Source: Utricularia gibba
Lineage: Eukaryota; Plantae; Magnoliophyta
DNA length: 64,000 bases
NCBI GenBank assembly: GCA_002189035.1
Contig: NEEC01000011.1
Span: forward strand, 3,224,001-3,288,000
Reading direction: 5' to 3'
The notes under the pieces are model-generated. The model was not told the origin of the DNA. It searched no databases and was given only the letters and a program-made list of their open reading frames with translations. Shown piece by piece: positions 1 through 12,474 of this stretch. The number at the start of each line of letters is the position of its first letter. Within the stretch, counting starts at the first letter, position 1. Made by a program: the position numbers and the translations under genes.

Positions 1-1185
1 CAAAGCGTAGAAACGGTCTTCTGAAGAAGGCGTATGAGCTCTCAGTTCTTTGTGATGCAGAAGTTGCTTTGATCATCTTCTCCAGAAGGGGAGGCTCTAT
101 GAATTCTCAAGTTCCAAGTAAGATGATGCTGTTTTTTCATTGTTAATCCTTATGCCCTGTCTAAGAGCCATTCAGGACACAGACATGCTTCGAGTTTCAA
201 ATTGCTTGTTTTCACCCACGAACTGTGCATATTCTTACCAGTTCAACTGCCTGTTTACACACATAGGGAGCTAATGCATGATTTTGCTCGTTTCAGTGTG
301 CAGATGCTGATACAAAAGTATTTAGAACACAGGAAAGAACAAGTCACTGGCCCGGAGGCAGAAGAACGCATTGAGGTTTGTCTTAACAACACCATGCGCC
401 ATGGTTTGCATGTCACTGATGTAAATCATATTTTCTTGGTGCAGCAACTGAAGCAAGAGGTCACGGTCTGCCGACAGAAGATCCAGTGGCTGGAGGCATC
501 CCAAAAGTGAGCCAGTTTGAGTCGCATCTGTTTTAGCATGAAAACTAATTCTTCTGGATGAGATATATCAGGAAGCTTTTAGGACAGGAGCTCGGGGCAT
601 GCTCGATGGAGGAGCTGCAGGAAATTGACAATCAGCTAGAGATAAGCCTGAACAAAATAAGATCGAGGAAGGTATGATGGTGTATTTGACACCATGAACA
701 GAATCTGAATTTTTTTGTCTTGACTGAGGATGATGTATAATCAATCACCTAACGCTGTCTGAGAGCTGATATCACAGGCTCAGATGTTCAAAGATCAAAT
801 TTCAAAGCTTCAAGAAAAGGTAATAAAAATATCTCTCCTCACTTCCTGTGCTGGTTTTCTCTCCTCAATCACTAGATTCTCAGATCCTTCTCGGGATCGC
901 AGGAGAAGTTATTGCTACAAGTGAATCAAACACTCAATTTCAGGGTAAATATTTTCGATCTTATTCCATGACAGTTCTAAATCAAAGCACTCACGTACCA
1001 TATCCATGACCAAAGAAACTATCTTTGAGGTATTTCATTGCTGAAGGTTTTACATGAAGCTTTTTTGAACACTACAGCTGCAGTGCGAGTACAAGCATAT
1101 GGAAACAGGAAGCTGCTCCCAAAGCACGCAGCACTCCGAAGTGGTGACTGAGTTGTTCATCGGCCTACCAATAACGAAGAACTAG
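1..1185 (+). CDS. MIKC MADS-box transcription factor, SOC1/TM3 clade (AGL42/71/72-like); 5' partial; apparent -1 frameshift at ~82
   Basis: 3-83 reads [27 protein letters not shown], then [11 protein letters not shown] after a 1-nt shift. GT-AG exons: <1-117, 297-375, 445-506, 572-671 (K-box [23 protein letters not shown]), 778-819, 903-944, 1078-1185. The last exon ends with the SOC1 motif [10 protein letters not shown] and TAG. Confidence 0.88.
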
Positions 1186-2080
1186 CAAATGGTGTTGTGT
1201 TGTTTCAGTTAAGGAGTCATTTTGTATGACAATGATGCTTCATCACGCACTTACCATGCAAGTGCTGGGTAACCATCTGCTCCGTCTGGGGCGTATTAGT
1301 ATTCAATGAACTGGACAACATGGGATTAAGAAGAACTTAGCAGATAAATAAACAAGAACAAAAGGTTTCAACCAAACTCCCCAAGATTTGACTTGTCTTT
1401 TGAATCGCCATTCTCTCCGATGAAGAATGGAAAGGCACACATGCTGAGATGCTCTTTCAGCCATAAACCATTCAAGGGAACTCGTAACCAGCTCACGCTC
1501 CTCCGTCCTTCAAAACCCCTAAATCAGTCGCCTCCTTCCGCTCATCAGTGCGCAGACCAACAACGACTACAGAGGCAATACCCATCAACGAATAATGCGT
1601 AAGCATGAAGTCAAGGAGGAAGCTGAATACTTACGATTACATCATTCGCGAGGTCAAAGGAAATCAAGTACCAGTAACGTCTTCCCCTGAAAAAAAGTGG
1701 AGGGAATTCCGCATAGATCGCTTCCCTTCCCTTCCCTTCTTCCGCCACCGAGATTCTTAGGTGGGAACTGACGGGTCGGGTCGGGTCAAGCGAGGAGACG
1801 GTGATGGGTACACAAATCCAGGTTTAAAAAGAACCAGAGGATACTTGAGTGGGGCCCCGTATCATCCAGTACCCGAATCTTTGGAGCCAAAATATACCGG
1901 GGGCGACTATCAAATATGAAACACATTCTGATCCAGCAATGAGCAAGCACCAAGATTCAATTTTTAAAAAGCTTCAGAGATCACTATCAAATATCAATAA
2001 ACAGAACAGAATGGTAGCCCTGAGAAATGCACAAAATTCAAGAGTGTTGTAATGTGGAAGGTTGATGAAATTCTGTTGTG

Positions 2081-3606
2081 TCAGCTCCTACCATCCACAT
2101 CAAAACCTGCTCCTGTCCAACCTGGCTCACCTGGGCCTCTACCTTTAGGAACTGCTCCTAATCCCTTGCTTTTCCCATGATGACTACTTTTCTTCTTAGC
2201 TTTTCCTTCTCCATCGACTGAAGGGTGTTCGTTATGGCCTCTATCTGGGATCCCAGTATTGGCTCCTCTGGCTGCATTTCCTTTGGTTGCTTCTGGTGCA
2301 GTTGGAGCTGAGGAAGAATCTTGACCAACACTAGCTTCTGCAGGTTTCTGACTCGCAATCTGGGTGTGTAATGTACAAATAGCAGCTCATCATGAATCAG
2401 TACTAAGAGGAAAACGTAGCAGGAGAGGGGGGAGGTTCTCATTTGCAACCCTCTAGCACAGTCGGGTTGTTCAGATATTGCAAGTCTAATAAATAGAGAT
2501 GATGAAACTATGAGGTGAAAGGAATTACATTGGGACTGGAAATGGAAGATCTGCTGGGGTTCAAAGCCTCCAGCCGCCGCTTCAGCTCCTCCAGCCTAGA
2601 TAATTGAGAATTGCTGCTTTCCAACACCTGTTCAGAAGTGAAAAGACAAGAACATTGTTTCCATACATCGATCTTTTAAAACGAATTTTATCGGCTCGTG
2701 AAACTAAATATCCACCAGATTGTTTAGATCTTCACACAGCTTCTGCTTAGCAGCCTCCTCATCCTTCACGGCTTTTGCAGCTGCTTCCCATATCTACAGA
2801 TTGGATAATGCCATCATCAAAACGACATAGACATGAAGCGTATTAGAAGAGCCGCTACCTTTTTCGCTTCCTCTTCTTTCAGCTTTGCTACACGGACCCT
2901 CTCGGTGGCTGCTTCAATTTTCTTGCGCATGAGTTCAAGTGCTGATTCAAGGGGAAACATAATCTATCAATTGCGGAACATATTCTGAGAAACCCCACAA
3001 GTAGATTCAAACATTGAAACCACACCAGCTTTCTTTGGGCCAGAGGTAAGCTTCATTTCCATGCTAAGATTTGCTAATTCTCGCTCGACATCACGAATCT
3101 TAGAGTAATTTTCATCAATGTACCTGAAAGGAAACAATCTCATGAAGTTACCACAAGGATCAGGCTGTTTTATCCTCCTAAAAGCTGAATGACGCTAGAA
3201 AAAAAGCAATGAAATATTAGGCCACATATGACTAGAAAGGATGAACTGAAAGAGCATCAAAGCCAAAATGATCCCGAATCTTTAGAAAAACAAAGTAGGA
3301 TACACTGGAAATGAAAGTACACAATTGCGTCAGCTAACGGAAAGTCAACTCACTTCCTCAATTGAAGCTGCTCTTCCTCGATCACCTGAACACAAGTGCA
3401 GGAACAACAAAAAGCAATCAAAACAGAGCAGCATTCATAATGCCGACCTCAATTGAAACACTCAATTCCCGATCACAAGTTTCTGAAGCAGAAAACAAGC
3501 ACACCTTCTCGGTGTAGGCAATGACCGGAGACTCCCGGGCGAGACCGTCGGGCCCGATCTCCGGCAGTAACAACCGACTCGCATTTTGGCTTGCATTTCC
3601 GGCCAT
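2081..3606 (-). CDS. Conserved plant coiled-coil protein of unknown function (resembles RAB6-interacting golgin/junctophilin-like annotations)
   Basis: Spliced exons: MAGNASQ...ESPVIAYTEK / VIEEEQLQLRK / YIDENYSKIRDVERELANLSMEMKLTSGPKKA / LELMRKKIE...KEEEAKK / IWEAAAKAVKDEE...DLNNL / ...RLEELKRRLEALNPSR / C-terminal GWTGAGFDVDGRS-stop at 2081. Canonical splice sites throughout. Confidence 0.75.
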
Positions 3607-4024
3607 CAGAATCAAATCCCGGTGATCAGGCTCCCAATTCCGGCAGAGGCAGTAATTTTCACATGCTTATATAATAGATCGGAATCTATTGCCCGGAAAA
3701 GTAATTGGTCCTAAACCCCTGCCCTAATTCTACCCCTAAAGGCGATTTCCTTCTGGGTTTGGTCCGGCCCAACTTGTTTTCATCACAGGGACCTCTCAAA
3801 CAAGTAAAAAGTGCACAGCACAGCACAGTATGAATTTGAATGAAACAGGAACAGGGGATCTGATCTTCGTACAAGCTACAAACAGATAAACGAGTAGGAG
3901 AAGCGCTGTCAGAATCAAGATTCTCGGGCAGATGCCCAGTTTATTCGCAAAGTTGAAAACATGTATCCATGGCTCACTTATGTCAGCGAGCATGGCTGGG
4001 GCATTAGATTTGTGGGGTGGTGCT

Positions 4025-5811
4025 TTAAAGGAATCCTTCGATCCTGCGGCCAGCCACTGCTTCCCTATAGATGGTGAGGGCCTCCTCCATGACTTTGGCC
4101 TCAGAAAGAGTTTGAGCTCTCTTCTTGCCAGAAGGGTGAGTTGTGAGGTAGTCTTTGAGGGCGGAATCGCCCACGATTTTTCCCAACTTTTCGTATACCT
4201 GGGGAGCCACTCGGGGGTCATAACCTGCTGATGCTAGCAGCAGAATTCCGATGTAATCTGCTTCCATCTCCATCCTGAAAAGATCCACGAAACCAAAGAT
4301 CTAGATGCATCTTTTTCGGGTACTTGAACCACACACATTGGAAAGCAGAAAACAACTCAAGTGATATCAGCAATGGATACAACAGAGAGTCTGATCAAGA
4401 AAAATTGTAAGATAAACAAAATTCCGTGAAGGAAAGCAGGACTTATCAAGCTTCTTAGAGTTCGTCTAAGGGCCACCAGGGAGAGGTACTCCGGATTGCA
4501 GTATTTACATGAGATGATCCAACAAGTTATTTTGGAATACTTTTACGAGCTTATGGACTACCCAGTTCATTCAGAAAGTCTGAGTTATAATGAATCAGGA
4601 TTGGACAGCCCATATCATTCAACGGCACAGACTCAAGATGAAAAATGCTCATAAAATCACCTTCTAGAGAAAGGGAGTCGTAAGAAAAGAGTTGACATTG
4701 TGTTGACAATATCAGGGATGAAAAATTGGTACAGAATCAACTGCAAGATTGTCAGCCAGAGATTCTTAGATATTTGCTCCGCACCGTGCCTGGCAACTGC
4801 ATGACCAACCTGCAAAGGAAACAGCACTGGTTTCTCCATAAGAACCAAGGACAAAATGTAACTCCCTTTCATCTGAAAAGTTACCTCATGTGCAACAACG
4901 GTTGCGATCTCGGCATCCGCTCTAAAATGCTTAAGCAAGCCAGTGAAGACGACAATCTTACCACCGGGTAAACAAAAAGCATTGACCACTGGCTGGTCAA
5001 CCACAATAACCTCCCATTTCAGCCCCTCCAAATGCGCAGTCTCAGACTTCTTACCCTTCTCTTGGCCCACTTTCCTACTCTTCTGAACCCAACTGTCATC
5101 AAGGATCTCGTCATCCTGGTGCCAAGTCTCTTCCTCCCCAATCTTACTACTCAATGTCTTAAAAGTATCTTGGGCTTGGGCCTCATCAAGAGGCAAGCTC
5201 GAAATCTCAGGCGAGTATCGTAAATCGCTCCAAACTTGTTCCTTTGTCAAACCCTTCTGCAAAGCATCAATTATATCCTGTGCTATACTCTGAACCTTTA
5301 TACTATCGGGATGAAGGGGCGGCAAAATCTTCCCTCTGAACTGATTTCTAATTTGCCTAAACTGGCTGTCTCCCATCTCCCTTTCAAGATTCCTAGACAA
5401 AAGTACAAAATGGGTTCTCTTTGTGTAAGGAACAGTTTCTAGATTCCCAAAGTAAACGGAAATCACAACCCCAGCACTCACCAGAACCACAATCAAAGCA
5501 TTTCTTGGATTTTGAATCCACCTCCTGAATCCTCTGGGCCTAAAGTGATGAACCTGGAACCTGTCGACGTAATAATATCTCTTAGCGCCATCAAGAAAAG
5601 GGTTTTGCCGCTTAATTTGCTTCGCCCCATTATGCAACGACGGATTTCTAGCAACGGGGTGACAGATCTTTGACACGATCGAACTGTTAAGGCTATGTTT
5701 CGAAGAAAAAGATTGAAATTCGCGAATTTGGCTTCTGGATGCTACTGCTCTCAAGGCACAGCTGCGAAAAGTGGCCGAAATCAATCGGGCTGATCCTCTA
5801 TACCAACCCAT
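4025..5811 (-). CDS. OMA1: Mitochondrial metalloendopeptidase OMA1 (peptidase M48)
   Basis: N-terminal transit-like peptide, ETVPYTKR, NAFCLPGGKIVVF, HEVGH zincin motif across a short intron, EMEADYIG and THPS in the last exon (4288-4025). Confidence 0.93.
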
Positions 5812-6885
5812 GACCCCAACTCACGGATGACAAAGTTGCAAACAAAATACGGCTCATGCAATTGCGCGGAAACCCCGACAACGCAAGGACAAAACTTCCA
5901 GATTGACGAAGACGCTGGCTTGCCCCCGAAGAAAGAAAAAAAACTTCAGTCTTGTTCCCATACCATGGATCTTGGGCTTAAGGAGTGGGTCGTCTCCACT
6001 GTTGGGCTTCCGTGGGCAAGCAATGGCGGTCTCATTCTCAACCACGGACGGTAGGCAAGGCAACTAAGAGGAACCCAAACTGCTTCAATTATGACTTCTG
6101 CAGTTGGAAGCCATGGAACAGCAGGTGTAAGGTAATGTGGATTTGTCCGAACTCTTGACAAAGGAAATATGCAATAAACGGACTCCCTCAATTTCAAACG
6201 TTTTATCTAGTTATGTCATGACATTTCAACCATACACACTAAACATGATATTCAATTATTAATATTTTTTCTTGCCTTCAACTTGAAATTTCTTGATTAT
6301 GTTGTTAGATAATTGAAAAATAAAAACGAAATAATCAAATTTATGAAAATTTGTATATTATTAATATTTGATTAAATTTAATATTTAATAATATTATTTA
6401 TATTTTTTGTGTAATCTAACTTCACATGTACTTATACAATCTATAGAATATTTAATTTCATCATAACAACGTTAAACCTAATTTTAAAATAAATCTAATT
6501 TCTTTTAATTTAAAATTAATTTTTAATAATTGAGTTTAATAAATTAATTATATGCCTTGTTAATAATAATATATACTTATAATTTTTAAAACAAAAAATA
6601 TTCGTATTTATTAATAATTAGCACATCTAATCTAATTAAATAGAAATAGGAAGTATGCAGTTGACTAAAAATAAATCATATTTTTTAAAAATTCTATTAT
6701 TTTTTAAATATAATATTCGTATTTTAATAATACAACTATTTATGAAACGTTATTTTGAAATTAATGTAGGTTTGAAACGCGCCAATGGTATAATACCGTG
6801 ATTATGAGTAGTGCATGCCGTGAGGGAGTTCTCCTAGTCGCCATTCTACCGTTTCTTTATCTCTGTCCCGTTTCACACACCAAGA

Positions 6886-8387
6886 ATGAAGAGTCTGAGG
6901 AGGATCATCACGGCGATACACAAAGTGTTTTCCGATCAGGATCTCAGGATTCCGGTCATCATCTTCCTCATCATAACCTTTCTCGCCTGCGTTTCCTTGC
7001 CATTTTCTTCTTCTCCCTCGTTTTCTTTCCCCAGAAGCGCTGCGCTGCAGACGCCGCCTTCCTCGGATACGTCGGACCTTGTGAATAAGTCGAGAATCGC
7101 GGTGTGCTTGATCGGTGGCGCTCGGAGATTCGAGCTCACCGGACCCTCCATAGTGGATAGACTTCTCCGAGCATATCCCAACTCCGATCTTTTTGTGAAC
7201 ACCCACTTGGATTCCAACTCGTATAAGCTGTTTCTATTGAACGATGCGCCGCGAATCACCGCCGTCAGGATATTCACCCAGCAAACATTACCGGAAAGTG
7301 AGGCGGCGGTCAGGGTCCTAACCCCCATGGGCTCACCCAACGGCGTCCAGGTACTCGGTAGGACATTTTGATGATCCCTGTTAAGGTTTTTAATCTCCAC
7401 TTCAGTTCCACCGGAGAGATTCGGGTGGCCGCCGAGAGTAGGGCAGTCACGTAATTTCACATTCGTGCCCGCGTAGTCCCACTCCTAATCCCATTGTTTA
7501 ATCCAGCCCCGTCAATAAATAAATAAATTAAATTAATGGTGCCCGTCGTGCCCGGCTGCCCTTTTATTTTTTATTTTTTTAAAATTATTTATTTTTGTAC
7601 TCAAAATTCCTGACAGGGATTGCTACAGTACTTCAGTCTGGTGGAAGGCTGCTTGAGAATGGTTCAGCAGCACCAGGGGAAGACGAACTTCACGTACGAT
7701 TGGATCATCCGAACCCGAGTGGACGGATATTGGTCCGACCCGTTAGGCGCCGGTAGCTTTATTCCCGGGAAGTATACTGTTCCGGTGGGTTCAGCCTACG
7801 GTGGTTTGAATGATCGTTTCGGTGTCGGGGATTACAACACATCGCTGATCGCCTTATCGCGATTCTCTTTGATTCCTCGGCTCGACTCCGCGGGCTTGGC
7901 TGGGCTCAACTCAGAGTCTGCTTTCCGGGCTCAGTTCACCCTCCACGGCGTCGAGTCTGCCGCCGTGGGGGTCCCATTTTGCATCGTCACAGATCGAACA
8001 TTCATGTTTCCTCCGTGGGAGAATTACGTACCGGTGGTGGCCATGTCGAGTGGGGGGCCGTTAAATGGGTCCTACTGCAGGCCCTGCTCCGCCGTCTGCA
8101 TCGGTTCTTGTGCTAGTTCGATGACGAGCGTGTGGCACAACTGGTGGAGGGCGATGGGGTGGGGCGGCGATCGGATTGAGATTTGCGATGCCGAAGGGAA
8201 GATGGAGAAGGGATGGGAGGAGGTGTTCGATGGGATCGCAGGGGAGAAATATGCTGCCATCAGAAGAGGAATGAAGGACTTGAATCTGAGTAGCTGCATT
8301 CGTGAACTTGGCAAGCTGCAGAATCGTACGGGTCACTGGGATGCCCCCACTCCCACGAAGATCTGTGAGCTTGCCCTGAAACACTAG
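6886..8387 (+). CDS. Uncharacterised conserved plant type-II membrane protein (2 exons)
   Basis: Exon 1 6886-7350 (single N-terminal hydrophobic helix; IAVCLIGGARRFELTGPSI). Exon 2 7617-8387 (YDWIIRTRVDGYW, GGLNDRFG, Cys-rich C-terminus). GT-AG intron joins them in frame. Confidence 0.85.
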
Positions 8388-8624
8388 CATCAAAGACCCT
8401 ACCTTGCAATGAGATTCAGGGAACCCAAACTTGGGAGATGCTTCCTATTCATTCATGGCGGATCCTGCAATTTATGTATGGTTTTACACTGAGCAACGAT
8501 GTATGGATGAACAATTGGAGTTATGTAGTGTCCAAGTACCGATGGAACAGAAACAAGTCAACAGGGCATCATCGGAGAAGGTAAAAAGTGAGGCTCCAAT
8601 AGCAGATAAACAGCATACACACAC

Positions 8625-9127
8625 TCACTGCTTCTTCAACAGCAGCGGTCCGACGTTATCTCCGGCAGCCTTGTTGTGCTTCACATGGCTACCGTCGCAC
8701 AGAGGGAACGTCCCAGACCTCCAGCACCTGCACCACAGAAACCAATTCAGCAGTCCCATCCTGTCTACTGTAACGACACACTACATTGGGAGCAATCGAG
8801 ACTTGCGATATGTATGAAAATTGAAAGATGCTTCCTCTTTCAGAAACACCCATCAGCATCTGATAACCAAATTGAGGACCCAGAATCTCCAAAAAAGGAA
8901 TTAGGGAAAAGGATGGTTATTCTCGTCTCGAACCTGCAGTAGGCGGTAACGGGCTTTTCAATTTCAGCGATGACGACAGAATCCACCACTTTATCTTCAG
9001 TCTTACGAATGCCCGGATTGATGGATTCCGCCCGCATCGCCACCATCCGGCGCTTCGTAGCAGCCGCGGGAGAGGCGCGCTGGCCGTAGGAAAACCCTCC
9101 AACAGCGATGCAAGCCAGAGACGCCAT
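8625..9127 (-). CDS. NEET: CDGSH iron-sulfur domain protein NEET (plastid-type transit peptide)
   Basis: Two exons give ...[17 protein letters not shown]...[36 protein letters not shown]-stop, with the CCCH 2Fe-2S motif. Confidence 0.95.
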
Positions 9128-9272
9128 GGACGTACCGGAGTTTTGTTATCTGAATCCTAATCTTCCTAGGGCTTCGGTCGCATATGCCGATTTGTGGTGG
9201 TGGTGGACACGCTCCATTGAAGGTGCACGGAGATTAGGTGGACCCTATCTCACACACTAACTCTGTTTCAAT

Positions 9273-9313
9273 TGGGCCGTAACTCCAATAAGTGGGCCTA
9301 TGAGAATTGGGCC
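9273..9313. promoter_or_regulatory. Three site-II (TGGGCC) motifs in the short divergent NEET/TBL intergenic region
   Basis: TGGGCC at 9273, 9293 and 9308. Confidence 0.6.
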
Positions 9314-9967
9314 ATGAAGGTTTCTTTTGGAAGAATCAGAATGTTGTCGGTGACGGTGACCCATCCTTCTTCACCCACCGTAGATTCGGCCATAATGGGC
9401 GGTTTATTCTTGCATTTCCTTAAACAATCGTCTCTAATCTCCGAACTTGGATCTTCCTGAGGGATCGAAATTGCGTGTCTTTTTTTTTTGTGCTGATTCT
9501 GGAATCAGCGTTGCTTTTGATAGAATTGGAAGACGCCCATTTTATTACAATGTGAAGATTTGGTTTTTTTTTTCCCGGTCTGAAGTGTGAGTGCTGGAGG
9601 AATGCCGTAGGATTCTCGTTGACCTTTTGCTAGTTTGTGAAAAAAAAGGAGTTAATTCTAGTTCGTTTTCCTGAATAAGTCGCAGAATGTCGATTGTGTT
9701 GTTGGCGGTTGCTTACCATATGTAGGCAATAGACTGGAGCTCTTATTTCGTATGTTTATTGCTGTTGGGCGGGGGGATAGTTTCTTAATGATACTGTTGA
9801 TCGAAATTTTGTTGAGGACTGCTGTGCATGACTGTGGTTTCTTGTGGGCATATTGCTATTGGGCAAGCAAGAGCATTTCCTAAAGAGATTTTGATAAGTT
9901 GCCAGCTACTGATTTCTAGATTTGCTTGGTGGAAGGTGTACTCTTTCCAGGAAGAGGAGAGGAAGTC

Positions 9968-11907
9968 ATGGCTTCAATTCCTTCAAAAGAATGGCCTAAA
10001 ACTCCCTTTCCCAAAACTCTCGTATCCATTGTTTCTTTAGCTGGAGGGCTTGCTTTTTTCGTACTCCTGGCATCATTCTTTTTGATCTCTAGACCGGTGG
10101 TGTTTCACCCTGGGGCTTCTTTCAGTTACTCGGTTACAGAGTTCAACAACACTTCTAATCCTGACTTAGAGGGTGGGGAATCAAATTTAACGGTTTTGAA
10201 TGATCCCACCAAGAGTCATGTTTCTGTGGGATATCCCTCTAGTTTTCCTGAATCCAGCATAAATGGAAAGGAAATTGTAATCCAACAAACCCGATCGCAG
10301 AATTTGGATGAGCGTTTGTCAGATACACCACCAGGAGAATCGCGGAACTCAAATGATAATCTTTTGCTTTTGAAGGTTGCTGAAGAACCTGGTGATCAAA
10401 ACTCTGGTAATGCTGAACAGGGGAATGAGCCAGTTTCCAATACCAGCACAACAGGGGGCTCGTCAGCTTCTGCTTCCAATACCAACTTGAGTCAAATTCT
10501 TGTTGCTGATTCAGGTCCATTTCTTTTCTTTTCTTGAATCTGATGATTTTCCATTTCCGTTTGTGCTAGAGTTTTACTTGTGGTTTAGAGCTAAAAAAAG
10601 TGGAAAATACCTCTACACTGGCTTCATTCTTTTTCGTGATGCTTGGTGTGATCAATGCTGCAGATTGTGATCTTTATCATGGAAAATGGGTATATGATTC
10701 AGCTGGACCGTTGTACAAAAATGATTCATGCCCAATTATCACGCAGATGCAGAACTGTCAGGGGAATGGAAGACCTGACAAAGATTATGAGAATTGGAGA
10801 TGGAAACCGGCAGAATGTGATCTCCCTAGGTTTGACCCCAAGTCATTCCTGAAATTGATGACAAATAAAACATTGGCATTCATTGGTGATTCAGTTGCTA
10901 GAAATCAAATGGAATCCATGCTCTGTATTTTGTGGCAGGTAATTACCTTCTAGTGTATGTTTTGTGTCCTTTACTATGCAAGTATCAGTGTGTTCTACCA
11001 TATGCGTTAAACTAACACTGTTTCCATGCAACTTTTGTTGCCTACAACGGATCATCCAGACTTTGCTTGCATTAATCTGAACTTAACCCGCTGCAATGTT
11101 TGGCCCCTCTTGTAGGTAGAGGTGCCCAAAAACAGAGGCAATCGAAGAATGCAGCGTTATTACTTCAGATCAACATCCACCACGATTGTTCGAATATGGT
11201 CCTCATGGCTCGTCCATCAAACAAGCGACCCATTCAGCTATGCACCTGCTGGTGTTGCAAAACTCCATCTTGATGCTCCAGATGAAGTCTTTATGCAATA
11301 CATCACAGATTTTGATGTCATTGTCCTCTCCTCCGGCCACTGGTTCGCCAAGCAGTCTGTTTATATTCTGAACTCAGAGATCGTAGGAGGGCAGCTGTGG
11401 TGGCCAGATAAATCCCGACAGAAGAAGGTGGACAACATTGAAGCCTTCGGCATTTCAGTGGAAACAAGCCTCACTGCCATGGTCACTCATCAGAACTACA
11501 CTGGTCTCACCATTGTGCGCTCCTTTTCACCCGATCATTATGAAGGCGGGGCATGGAACACCGGAGGATCCTGTACAGGAAAGACAAGCCCGGCCATGGA
11601 AAGTGGGATGCTTGAAAATCCCTTCACCAGTATAATGCACAAGAAGCAGGTGGCTGGATTCGAACGTGCGTTGAAGAAGAAGAGCAACAAGTCGAAACTG
11701 AAGATGATGGACGTCACTCAGGCCTTCTCCTATCGCCACGACGGCCACCCCGGTCCGTTCCGGAGCTTAGATCCTAACAAGGTCACTGCGAGAGGCCCCG
11801 ATGGCCGGCCTCCGCCGCAGGACTGCTTGCATTGGTGCATGCCGGGCCCTGTTGATACATGGAACGAGCTTGTTCTAGAGATTATACGGAAAGAGTTTCA
11901 GGGATGA
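9968..11907 (+). CDS. YLS7: Trichome birefringence-like O-acetyltransferase (YLS7/TBL17-TBL18 type)
   Basis: Exons 9968-10514, 10663-10938, 11117-11907. N-terminal TM helix, CDLYHGKWV, FIGDSVARNQ (GDS motif), DCLHWCMPG (DxxH motif). Confidence 0.9.
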
Positions 11908-12474
11908 GAAGTAGCATGTAGGCCTTGTTGCTTCTCTTTCTCGTAAGGAAAAAAAAAAAGAAAGACAGAAATTCAGGATGCTTAGCAATTCCATTACTTT
12001 ATTTTTGGAAAACTTATATTTTTTACCAAACGGATACCAAGCTTTTTTTCTCGTAACTTTGAAGTGTTATGTTGTGGATTTTGTAGATTTGAACGATTTG
12101 AAAGATATTGCATCAAAATTAAATCATGAAATATATGTCATTTGTTTGTAGAAGATTACTCAAATAAGATCATACCAACACCCAACACTCCTCAGGATCG
12201 CTTGCTTACCCAGGATAGGAGCATCTCGCAGGGGTTGCCCGATGCCTCTTCTTCTCATTAGAAGCACAAGCTTCCAGATGCTGACTGATGAAGACTTACT
12301 TCTTAGAGTTGGTTCTTAAAGGGGGCTTGTGTTTTGGGATCTGAATGTGTGACACCAAGATTTTGAGAATAATTTGGAGTAGCAAAAACATGAAGATCTG
12401 GAGTTGACAGAATGATGAACGTCGGATGTCAAAAGGATGGGCGCGCAGCTGCAGCAACATCACTACGGGGATCT

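Noticed and set aside
7450-7463. 14-mer CGTAATTTCACATT shared between this intron and the tandem repeat at 18550
   Set aside because: Several exact 14-mer matches are expected by chance within 64 kb, and the flanks do not align.
12150-12420. TGATGA...CTGA pair in the FKBP53 3' region suggesting a C/D snoRNA
   Set aside because: No terminal stem and no recognisable guide.
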